Below, piece by piece: positions 37,827 to 45,329 of a DNA stretch of 55,824 nt. Below the pieces are notes generated by a model. It saw only the letters and a program-made list of their open reading frames with translations. It was not told where the DNA came from and did not search any database. Both the position numbers and the translations under genes were made by a program. Source of the DNA: a virus (Duplodnaviria > Caudoviricetes); the IMG/VR virus record IMGVR_UViG_3300038429_000537, positions 1 through 55,824 of that record. The stretch is one strand, 5' to 3'. Within the stretch, counting starts at the first letter, position 1. Each line of letters opens with the position of its first letter.

Positions 37827-39706
37827 GCACCACACCCGCACCAGTTACGACACAGACTCCACCGACTGGATTTGCGCCTTTGAAGTCGGATGAACCCAGT
37901 TCATTCGACTTTAGTGGCATATCCGGTCACCAAGCGCACGGGCCCGACCCGTCCGTCTGGCAGAAGGCTTCGACCTGGTTGCACGACTGGTACAGCATGC
38001 CCAGCGACCAGTTCGCGGCGAAGTACCCCGACCAGGGAGACAAGATCAGTGACTTCGTCACCCGCTTGATTCCCTTCGGCCACGAGGCTCACCAGCTCGA
38101 TCAGCAACTCAAGCAAAATCCTAAGTACAAGGAAGTAGCCGGTAAGGCTGCCGCACAGGTCGACCCCTTCATCGCGGGCATGGCCCAACCGGGTGAACTC
38201 GGTGGTCCGGGTGGTAACCTCGCCCGGGGTGTCATCGAGAAGGCGGGGCTGGTCTATAAGGGTGAGTTGACGAAGGGCAGTGGGGTGCACATGTTCGAGC
38301 ACCCCAACCACCCCGGCGTCACCGCTGCGATGAACGCCGAGGAGATCAACCCAGCTAGCGTGCGCGAGCACATGGATGTTAAGCTAAAAGATTCTAACCT
38401 TGGTAAAATCGAAGGTAGCATTAACCACGGGCAACCAACCGGTAAACCAGAGTTGGATCAAGCTATCCGCGCAGGTGGTGGCTTGCCGGGTGGGGTGCAG
38501 CGAGGCCTGCCTGATAAGGGTATCAGCGACCTCGTCATGTTCCACGACCCGCAAACCGGTACCACCCTCGCCCTACCAGCCGAACAAATAACGGCAGAGA
38601 ACGTAACGAAACGGCTAACGGAAAGTCGAGCGGAGTTCGCGGCGAAGGCTAAGCCTGAAGCAACTCACGTTTATAACCCCGCCACGAAGAAGATTGAACC
38701 GATGGCTGCTAAGCAGCCGCCTATCAAGTCCATCGGACAGTTCGAGCCCGGTGACATGGGCTACATGCGCCCGGACGGGACACACGTAGCGCAACTTAAA
38801 GGAGAAAAATCACAGCTGACCCATGAGGAACTAGCGGGTCAAAATAAAGAAGACCTAAACAAGATCCTGGACGAGGGTGGGGTCCGTTATCGAATTGATA
38901 GTCACGCGGTAAAAACTAGATTGACTCCCGAAGAAAGGGCCCAAGGTGCACGACCCGCGGTAGGAATTGTGCAGATTGTCGGGCTTTCGGATAAAGCGAT
39001 AACAAATGCCAAGAATGTCATCGGTAAAATGCCCACCGACGACATCATCTTCGAATCGTATCCCGAAAAAGGCGGCCAACCCGTCTCCTTCAGCGGCACG
39101 CCCAAGGAAGTCGAGGCTCAAATCAACCGCCACGTGCGCGCGAACCGCGGGGAGCGGTATGAACTGGGAGAGGTTGAACCTGAGATTGGCAAGTCTCAGG
39201 CCGAAGTCTCGGTGAAACAGGCTACCCCGGTGAAAGAAAAAGATATTCTTGGAGAAGGAAACGCTAAGATCATCTATCCGGATGGAAAAATTGAATCAGG
39301 TAATACTCATGGAGAACTTTTAGGTTTAAGTGAAGAAGAGGTTCTTGACCTTGACCCAGATTCAACTAGCTATAATGATGAAATTGACAAAATGCTAAAA
39401 AAGTCCAAAGGTATTAGTGTTAGGGCAGGACCAGATGACACGGACATCTACGTCCGAGTTCCAAGAAAGCTGACCTCTGAACAAATGCAAGGAATAGCAC
39501 AAATTTACAAAGAGGCTAAAGAAAACTATAGCGGACCTTATCAAATAGTAGCTGATTTTCCAAAGACAAAAACTAATGCTTTTAAGTCCTTTGGAGATTT
39601 TCAGCGAAAACATGACGAGGTATTTAGTGCTACCCCTCCAGCTCGTAGACCGTCGGCTGCTGCCGAAAAGTTGAGTGGGAAGCGACGCGTGCCGAAGCCT
39701 GAGTGA
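37823..39706 (+). CDS. internal virion protein, polyvalent-like with duplicated domains
   Basis: 627 aa; two pairs of internally repeated segments; AT-rich 3' part. Confidence 0.65.
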   Translation: MSTTPAPVTTQTPPTGFAPLKSDEPSSFDFSGISGHQAHGPDPSVWQKASTWLHDWYSMPSDQFAAKYPDQGDKISDFVTRLIPFGHEAHQLDQQLKQNPKYKEVAGKAAAQVDPFIAGMAQPGELGGPGGNLARGVIEKAGLVYKGELTKGSGVHMFEHPNHPGVTAAMNAEEINPASVREHMDVKLKDSNLGKIEGSINHGQPTGKPELDQAIRAGGGLPGGVQRGLPDKGISDLVMFHDPQTGTTLALPAEQITAENVTKRLTESRAEFAAKAKPEATHVYNPATKKIEPMAAKQPPIKSIGQFEPGDMGYMRPDGTHVAQLKGEKSQLTHEELAGQNKEDLNKILDEGGVRYRIDSHAVKTRLTPEERAQGARPAVGIVQIVGLSDKAITNAKNVIGKMPTDDIIFESYPEKGGQPVSFSGTPKEVEAQINRHVRANRGERYELGEVEPEIGKSQAEVSVKQATPVKEKDILGEGNAKIIYPDGKIESGNTHGELLGLSEEEVLDLDPDSTSYNDEIDKMLKKSKGISVRAGPDDTDIYVRVPRKLTSEQMQGIAQIYKEAKENYSGPYQIVADFPKTKTNAFKSFGDFQRKHDEVFSATPPARRPSAAAEKLSGKRRVPKPE

Positions 39707-39833
39707 CCGAGCCCACCAGGGCAGCCGTTTGGCGGATGTTACCCTCGGAGACTACCACGACCTCAATGTCTTCGTACTTCACCCCGGTCTCGGGGTCAAC
39801 GAAATCAGGAACCTTCATGACGACGGCGCTCAT
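39630..39833 (-). CDS. small antisense-oriented protein with its own promoter
   Basis: GAGG RBS about 10 nt upstream of ATG 39833; sigma70-like promoter at 39855-39883. Confidence 0.55.
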   Translation of the reverse strand: MSAVVMKVPDFVDPETGVKYEDIEVVVVSEGNIRQTAALVGSVTQASARVASHSTFRQQPTVYELEG

Positions 39834-39854
39834 CGGTTTTCAACCTCTGACGTT

Positions 39855-39898
39855 ATTCTAGCCTACGGCTAGGCTGGTGTAAATGGTACTCGAGTTCC
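39855..39898 (-). promoter_or_regulatory. sigma70-type promoter TTTACA-N17-TAGAAT with an adjacent GGTAC-TCGA-GTTCC box
   Basis: -35 at 39878-39883, -10 at 39855-39860, exact 17 nt spacer; box at 39885-39898. Confidence 0.7.
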
Positions 39899-39906
39899 AA
39901 TCGTAG

Positions 39907-39926
39907 GTACTAGACAGGTCTAGTAC
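39907..39926. repeat. inverted repeat gtactagac-ag-gtctagtac
   Basis: Perfect 9 bp arms, 2 nt spacer, directly before the AGGAG RBS of 39939. Confidence 0.8.
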
Positions 39927-39938
39927 TAGGAGCGCATT

Positions 39939-40634
39939 ATGCCGTTTTCTAAAGAGTGGACGTGGCTCAAGGCTCACGAGCGGTTTCTCATGTTCCTCGT
40001 GACGATTGCCTTTCTCGTCCTAACCGTCCGGTGGGGCCTCAACGCGTGGAACGCCCACGACCAAAAGGTGTACGACGCCTCGCACGCCGCGGCCGTCGCT
40101 GCCAACCAGCAAAACGCGGTCGTACAGGCCCAAACCCAGCAGCAGGTCGCGGCCCTAGCCGCTGAAAATCTGCAGCTTAAAGCGATGATCACCCAGCTCA
40201 CCCTGGCGCTGACCGCCCGTCAGAAGGTCGAGCAAAAAATACCGCAGGTAGTTCAGGCGTTGCCTATTTCTGAGGTAGCCCGGCAACTGGGTGGAACGAC
40301 CGACGCGCTCAACAACGTGGTGCTGCCGCTGCCGGCCGCGCAGCACGTGCTGGAGATGGTCCAACTGGTGCCGCTACTGCAGCAGGATAAGGCTGACCTG
40401 GTTCGAATCAATCAGAATCTGAGTGATGAGAACACTAATCTGGTCACCGCTAACGGCGCGCTCACCACGGCGCTAACCAGTGAGAAGGACGCTCACGCGA
40501 AGGACAACAAAGTCAACACGGACCAGGTCAACCTGCTGAAGGCTAAGAACTGGAAGAGTAAGTTCAAGTGGTTCGGCATCGGGTTCGTCACCGGCTACGT
40601 GACGGCGACGGCGCAACGATTGGCGGGGTTCTAA
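39939..40634 (+). CDS. spanin-like membrane-anchored coiled-coil protein (putative)
   Basis: N-terminal TM, long coiled coil, second hydrophobic segment at the C-terminus; end of the late operon. Confidence 0.55.
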   Translation: MPFSKEWTWLKAHERFLMFLVTIAFLVLTVRWGLNAWNAHDQKVYDASHAAAVAANQQNAVVQAQTQQQVAALAAENLQLKAMITQLTLALTARQKVEQKIPQVVQALPISEVARQLGGTTDALNNVVLPLPAAQHVLEMVQLVPLLQQDKADLVRINQNLSDENTNLVTANGALTTALTSEKDAHAKDNKVNTDQVNLLKAKNWKSKFKWFGIGFVTGYVTATAQRLAGF

Positions 40635-40876
40635 TGCCTGATACTAAGTTCAGTTTTGACAAGATCCTGACCAACTTCAACGACTATCACATTCCTTGTG
40701 CTGGGTTCATCTTCACCGTGGGTTCAGTCCTTCAGTGGTTTCACCACTTGGATCCGACCTACGTGGCCTTTACCTCTACCGTGTTGGGCTTCCTCGGTGG
40801 CCACGCTTACCTCAAGTCTCGGAACGGGGTGGACGACAGTCGAACCGACGGTCAACCGACTAACCCTAGTGCCTAA
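40634..40876 (+). CDS. holin-like small membrane protein
   Basis: TAATG coupling at 40632-40636; two TM segments, charged C-terminus. Confidence 0.55.
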   Translation: MPDTKFSFDKILTNFNDYHIPCAGFIFTVGSVLQWFHHLDPTYVAFTSTVLGFLGGHAYLKSRNGVDDSRTDGQPTNPSA

Positions 40877-40899
40877 CCTGTTTGTTTCAAACAGGTTAG
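40873..40899. repeat. inverted repeat ctaacctgtttg-ttt-caaacaggttag
   Basis: Perfect 12 bp arms. Confidence 0.85.
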
Positions 40900-40906
40900 A
40901 CTAAAA

Positions 40907-40932
40907 TCACTGCCTGACGTGTCAGGCAGTGA
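40907..40932. repeat. 26 bp palindrome tcactgcctgac-gt-gtcaggcagtga (candidate recombination site)
   Basis: Perfect 12 bp arms around a 2 bp core. Confidence 0.85.
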
Positions 40933-40956
40933 AATAAGTCCTTTGTTTTCAACAAC

Positions 40957-40994
40957 AATGGCCCGGTGGCTGGAACCGCTGCCGGGCCATTTTT
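40957..40994 (+). terminator. rho-independent terminator between the convergent arms (possibly bidirectional)
   Basis: aatggcccggtggc...gctgccgggccatt followed by a T-run. Confidence 0.75.
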
Positions 40995-41045
40995 GATCCT
41001 CTGGATGGGTTAGAAACCGCGGTTGGCAGCGGCTACAGCAACCCT

Positions 41046-41339
41046 TTAAGGTTGATGTGGGACGGGTGGTTTTCCCAGCAGAGCGGATAGTTTGAGCGAT
41101 CGTTCATCGACCCGTTTGCCGATGAAATTTGCATAAAGAATAGCGGGCTCATCTGATGGATGTTGAAACAACTCCATGATGCCCGTGGAAATCCGTTCCT
41201 TTCGAAATTTTTTCCACCGCTCTAGTCCATACTTTTCAACGAACACTTCACGCGCAAGTCTTTGATCTCGGGCCGTGGCATTAAAGAGTAGCCAGAAAAG
41301 ATCAGGCATGTTTTTACTTTTAGGCTCGTAAGCTTTCAT
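41046..41339 (-). CDS. hypothetical protein
   Basis: GGAGG RBS before ATG 41339. Confidence 0.65.
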   Translation of the reverse strand: MKAYEPKSKNMPDLFWLLFNATARDQRLAREVFVEKYGLERWKKFRKERISTGIMELFQHPSDEPAILYANFIGKRVDERSLKLSALLGKPPVPHQP

Positions 41340-41340
41340 T

Positions 41341-41589
41341 TTATTCCTCCAACCAGTCAAGTACCAACCTCTTCAGGTTCCGCCACGCCTGCTGCCGGCC
41401 GGGGTAGGTCAACACGGCGTTCTCGTACCGCAGCTCGGCTAGCTCGTTCTCAATTTTTTTCTTCACGCTCAGGACGTTCTCGAGCTGTTGCCGCAGTCCC
41501 ATTTCAATGACGTGTGCCGTAGCCAACGCTCGGTTGCGGCAGTCGAGCTCGTCCTGGAGCCACGCGATCTTGTCGCGCTTCAACCGCAT
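41341..41589 (-). CDS. small coiled-coil protein
   Basis: AGGAG RBS; 82 aa. Confidence 0.65.
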   Translation of the reverse strand: MRLKRDKIAWLQDELDCRNRALATAHVIEMGLRQQLENVLSVKKKIENELAELRYENAVLTYPGRQQAWRNLKRLVLDWLEE

Positions 41590-41674
41590 ACTATCTCCTA
41601 GGGTGGCGTGGCGGTCGGAACAAAACCAACCACGCCAGAATGGTCGTCACGAAGATCGCAGCGACCGTGGGCAC

Positions 41675-42346
41675 TTACTTGACCTCACAGGCCTGAGCTG
41701 CTTTCGCCTCCTTGGTCGAACAGAGCAGCTTGTGCGCTGCCGCCATGTCGCCGATACTGGCGAAGCTACGAGCTAGTTCGCGGAGCGTGCAACCCTTGTC
41801 CTCACGGGATTGTGAGAGGCTGAAGGAGAAAAAGCCACTTGACCCACCCTGAGCGTTCGCTACCCGGCACGGGGCCGTAGGAACGGCAAAGGCGTAGGCT
41901 GACGGAGTTTCTCGCGGTGTCGATTCAGTTACGGTTGTGGTGTTACCCGAACCACTGCTAGAACTTCCTGAAACGGACTGAGAAGTGCTACTGGAGTTTC
42001 CGGAGTTCTTAATTGTGCTGTTACCGGAGTCCTTTACCGTAGCGGTTGAGGAAGAGTTGCCCGAGTCCTTCACCGATCCACCGGTGCCGCCTAGGGCTGT
42101 GTTAGTGTTGGTCGTTTTAGAGTTGTCCGTCACGCTACCGCCGTTCGCTACCGGTGCGTTGACGTTCGTGTTGGTGCTTCGGTTGGTGTTCAAGTTTTGG
42201 TTGAGGTTGTCGTTCGTAATCACCACGTGGTTGGTTAACGAAGTAGTGACCGGAGGGACTGTCTTGTCCGGGCAATCCTTGTCGGCGTAAGCTGCTACGC
42301 CTCCGAGGGTGAGTGCTAGGATGGTGAAAATTGCAAACTTACGCAT
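41675..42346 (-). CDS. secreted Ser/Thr/Asn-rich protein with a Cys-containing C-terminal domain
   Basis: Signal peptide MRKFAIFTILALTLGGVAAYA; GAGGA RBS; repeated VKDSGNS. Confidence 0.75.
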   Translation of the reverse strand: MRKFAIFTILALTLGGVAAYADKDCPDKTVPPVTTSLTNHVVITNDNLNQNLNTNRSTNTNVNAPVANGGSVTDNSKTTNTNTALGGTGGSVKDSGNSSSTATVKDSGNSTIKNSGNSSSTSQSVSGSSSSGSGNTTTVTESTPRETPSAYAFAVPTAPCRVANAQGGSSGFFSFSLSQSREDKGCTLRELARSFASIGDMAAAHKLLCSTKEAKAAQACEVK

Positions 42347-42365
42347 TGACTTCTTATCCTCTCTG

Positions 42366-42557
42366 CTACTTTGCCACACGATGAGGCTGCGTGGTCAAAC
42401 TTTTTCGTTCACGGCGCAGGATCTTGTAGGCCGTCGGCCGGCTGCAACCCCTCTCCCGGATGATCTCGTGGAGTCGGAGATTCGTAATGGGTCGGCCCCG
42501 TTTCATCGGACCGCGATTGTGAACACAATTGCGGTTCGCTGTCACAGGCTCCTCCAC
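42366..42557 (-). CDS. small HTH-like DNA-binding protein
   Basis: KRGRP...GCSRPTAYKILRR. Confidence 0.5.
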   Translation of the reverse strand: MEEPVTANRNCVHNRGPMKRGRPITNLRLHEIIRERGCSRPTAYKILRRERKSLTTQPHRVAK

Positions 42558-42748
42558 TCCGTCGGGCCGTCACCCACGCCTCGGACGCACTCTACGAGGT
42601 GCAGTTTCTCGAGGTCCTCGAGTCGGGCGGTGATGACCACCCGCAACACCTCGGGAAATCGCTCTAGGAGTTGACCCTGGATTTGACCGGGGGTTAGCGC
42701 ATTAGGCTCGGCCGCGCGAAGCACGTCGAGGATGTCAAGGTAGTTCAT
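42542..42748 (-). CDS. small winged-helix-like protein
   Basis: ILDVLR...LTPGQI...LEDLEKLHLVE pattern; ATGA overlap. Confidence 0.55.
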   Translation of the reverse strand: MNYLDILDVLRAAEPNALTPGQIQGQLLERFPEVLRVVITARLEDLEKLHLVECVRGVGDGPTEWRSL

Positions 42749-43362
42749 TTCTGTCCTCTCTCCGTTCGGATAGCCCTCACCCGGTGGTTCAACTCGTAAG
42801 CCTTGCCGTAACTAATCCCCAGTGCCTTAGCAGCCTTGGCGACCGAGCCGTCGTGTGCGTCGACCGCTTGTCGGACCGTCTCAGCCATCACTTGGCAGGC
42901 GGGTCGGCCTAGCTTTTTGCCCTTCGCCACAGCGTTCCGCAGCCCGGCGCGGACGCGCTCAACGATGATCTCCCGCTCCATTTCGGCGCAGGCACCCAGG
43001 ATGGTAAAGACCAGCTTGCCGGCTGGGGTGGAGGTGTCGACCTGCTCGGTCATCGAAACGAAGGCGATGCCCAGGCCCTTAAAGAACTCCAACGCCTGTG
43101 CCAGGTGAATCGTCGACCGGGCGAAACGGTCAAAGCGCCAAACCATCACGACGTCGAACCGGTGAGCCGCGGCGTCGGCCATCAGCCGGTCGAGCTCGGG
43201 GCGGTGCGACTTAGTGCCGGAGATCCCAGTGTCAACGTAAGTGTCAACGATTCGCCACTCGCGTTGCTGACAGTCTCGTCGCATGTCTCGGAGTTGTACC
43301 TCCGGGTCCTGTCCGTGGTTTTGGGTTGATACCCTGGCGTAAAGTGCGACGCGTTTCAGCAT
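42745..43362 (-). CDS. small serine recombinase (resolvase/invertase family)
   Basis: YARVST, D.GISG...RPEL, RFDRFARS, DTSTPAGK, AEMERE.I.ER..AG, GRP, C-terminal HTH. Confidence 0.95.
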   Translation of the reverse strand: MLKRVALYARVSTQNHGQDPEVQLRDMRRDCQQREWRIVDTYVDTGISGTKSHRPELDRLMADAAAHRFDVVMVWRFDRFARSTIHLAQALEFFKGLGIAFVSMTEQVDTSTPAGKLVFTILGACAEMEREIIVERVRAGLRNAVAKGKKLGRPACQVMAETVRQAVDAHDGSVAKAAKALGISYGKAYELNHRVRAIRTERGQK

Positions 43363-43368
43363 GGTCAA

Positions 43369-43451
43369 ATTCTACACCGGTTCACTCTTTATGTAAATAG
43401 TACTTTAGTACTGGATTTGAAGACAGCAATTCGGTACCAAGGTACTGGTAC
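43369..43451 (-). promoter_or_regulatory. sigma70-type promoter TTTACA-N17-TAGAAT (leaderless, recombinase) with GTAC-N4-GTAC boxes
   Basis: -35 at 43392-43397, -10 at 43369-43374, ATG 7 nt downstream; boxes at 43399-43412 and 43433-43446. Confidence 0.75.
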
Positions 43452-43460
43452 CGGACGGTC

Positions 43461-43664
43461 TTACTTCGTCGTTAAGTGCCAGTCGTTCGCGGTGAAGATC
43501 ACCTTCCTGTCGGCTTGCAGTTCATTTAGCAATCGCACGGCCTGCTCCACCCCGATGCCGGGGTAGCGGTGGAGGATCGCGTCGATGGTACTGCCGACTC
43601 CGAGGTCAGCTTCGCGCTCGGCCATCATCTTCAAGATGTCTTCGTGTTGCGTCGGCCACATCAC
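43461..43664 (-). CDS. small hypothetical protein (wHTH-like)
   Basis: 67 aa; GGAGGGAG RBS. Confidence 0.55.
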   Translation of the reverse strand: MMWPTQHEDILKMMAEREADLGVGSTIDAILHRYPGIGVEQAVRLLNELQADRKVIFTANDWHLTTK

Positions 43665-44005
43665 TCCCTCCCGTGGGCCAAACCGAGGCCCTGTAAAACG
43701 TAGGTGTCGTCACCACAGCGAAACGCCACTTGAAAGACTCGTCCCGTTCGTAGGTTGAACTGCCGGCAGAGCATGTAGTCACCGGGGGCTAACGGTGCTT
43801 GGGACGTCGGTCCTTCCAGTGGCTTGAGGCTGAAGAAAACCGTGGCCTTCGGCTCGACCACCTTCTGCCCGTTCTCCAGTCGCTGCACCTGCATCACGAC
43901 CTGCGGGCCGTATTCGGTTTGCTCCTGGCTGAGGGCGGCACCGACGAGGATGAGACCCAGTTCGACCGCGATGAACAACAACCCGAGTAAGATTTTACGC
44001 TTCAA
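43661..44005 (-). CDS. membrane-anchored/secreted hypothetical protein
   Basis: TTG start with AAGGAGG RBS; N-terminal hydrophobic segment. Confidence 0.6.
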   Translation of the reverse strand: MKRKILLGLLFIAVELGLILVGAALSQEQTEYGPQVVMQVQRLENGQKVVEPKATVFFSLKPLEGPTSQAPLAPGDYMLCRQFNLRTGRVFQVAFRCGDDTYVLQGLGLAHGRE

Positions 44006-44438
44006 AGTATTCCTCCTTACGTTCGACCAACTCAACGAGACGTTTAATTACCGGGTCAAAATAATCCAGGTAAGAGGCTGAATTGAAGAAGATGTTGAGG
44101 TTGAGGTCCTTTCGTCTTAGGCAGTTACTTATAACTTGCGGACTGTAAACTCCTAACTCCGATGAATCTTCATCAACCACGACATAAATACAGTGAACTT
44201 GTCGCTCCAACAACTGGCAAGTAGCGAGTTGTACCTTGTCAAAGTGCTTCCGCAGAGAGGACGGAGTCTCGTGAGCCTTTAACAGCTTAACCTCAACCCA
44301 AATGGTCTTGCGGTTATGGTTGACCACCAGGTCGGGAATGCCAGTGGTCATGTAATCCTGCAGCTTGAAAATCACAGCTGTCGGTAGCTGCTTTTGCAAC
44401 TCGGTCTTAATCTTCGTGACGGCGTCAGCTTCTCTCAC
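43995..44438 (-). CDS. VRR-NUC-like PD-(D/E)xK nuclease
   Basis: GIPDLVV...WVEVK...Q. Confidence 0.8.
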   Translation of the reverse strand: MREADAVTKIKTELQKQLPTAVIFKLQDYMTTGIPDLVVNHNRKTIWVEVKLLKAHETPSSLRKHFDKVQLATCQLLERQVHCIYVVVDEDSSELGVYSPQVISNCLRRKDLNLNIFFNSASYLDYFDPVIKRLVELVERKEEYFEA

Positions 44439-45319
44439 TTCTCCTCCAGTCCCGACGGGCCGATGTAGATGCGCGGGCTGCCGAAGTCTTGTTTGTCGGT
44501 CCAGTCCTTCGTGCCGGCCTTCTCGATCAGCGCGGTGATCTTGCCGATGGCCGCGTCGACCCCGTCGAGGTTGCTAAACACCTGAGCCTCGAGGATCGCC
44601 GGTTGCTTGATTGCGCCGAAGTTCAGGTTGCCGTGGTGAGAACCGATGATGTGGAGGACGGTTAACTTGAGTTCAGGGCTAAACTCAAGTTCATCCATCC
44701 ACTTCGCCACGCGCAACATGCCGATCGCGATGTGCCCGAGCAACTCTCCCGGGGTGGTGTATTCGATCGTAGTCCCGCAGCTCATCTCGTCCTGCTTGCC
44801 GATGTCATGCAGCACGGCACCCGTGATCAGCAGGTCGCGCCGCAGGATGGGGTATAGCTTCGCGACGGCATCAGCCAGCCGGCACAGGTTGACGGTGTGC
44901 TCCAACAGTCCGCCGAGGTAAGCGTGGTGCATCTGTTTAGCAGCCGGGGCACGCTTCCAGCGCTGATCGTCAATGGCCACCTCAAGAAGTTTCTTGAGGT
45001 GATCATTGGTAACGGAGGTCACAAACACTTTTAGCTCGTCATACAGCCCGTCTACGCTTTGTGTCGTCCGTGGCAGGAAGAGCTCGCCCGGGTCGTCCTT
45101 CGTTACCCGCGCGGCCTTGATCGTCAGCTGCGCCTCGCCACCGAACTCCGACTCCTCGGTCAGCGCGTCGATCACCTGGCCCGACTGGTACTCCGTCGTA
45201 CCCGGATCCCAGAAGACGGCTTTCCAGCTCTTCCCCCCGGGCTCGTACAACTGCATCCGTAGGTAGGCCTTACCTCGCCCGGTGGTTGCTTTCGTCACGC
45301 TGTTGATCAGGTATTTCAT
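44435..45319 (-). CDS. OB-fold plus HD-domain protein (YhaM/Cbf1-like 3'-5' exonuclease)
   Basis: GKAYL OB fold; PAAKQMHHAYLGGLLEHT, LHDIGK, LLGHI, SHHG. Confidence 0.9.
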   Translation of the reverse strand: MKYLINSVTKATTGRGKAYLRMQLYEPGGKSWKAVFWDPGTTEYQSGQVIDALTEESEFGGEAQLTIKAARVTKDDPGELFLPRTTQSVDGLYDELKVFVTSVTNDHLKKLLEVAIDDQRWKRAPAAKQMHHAYLGGLLEHTVNLCRLADAVAKLYPILRRDLLITGAVLHDIGKQDEMSCGTTIEYTTPGELLGHIAIGMLRVAKWMDELEFSPELKLTVLHIIGSHHGNLNFGAIKQPAILEAQVFSNLDGVDAAIGKITALIEKAGTKDWTDKQDFGSPRIYIGPSGLEEK

Positions 45320-45329
45320 TCGTCTCTCC

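Noticed and set aside
42745-43362. Large serine integrase or transposon
   Set aside because: Too short, no recombinase/zinc-ribbon domains, and no transposase or terminal repeats seen
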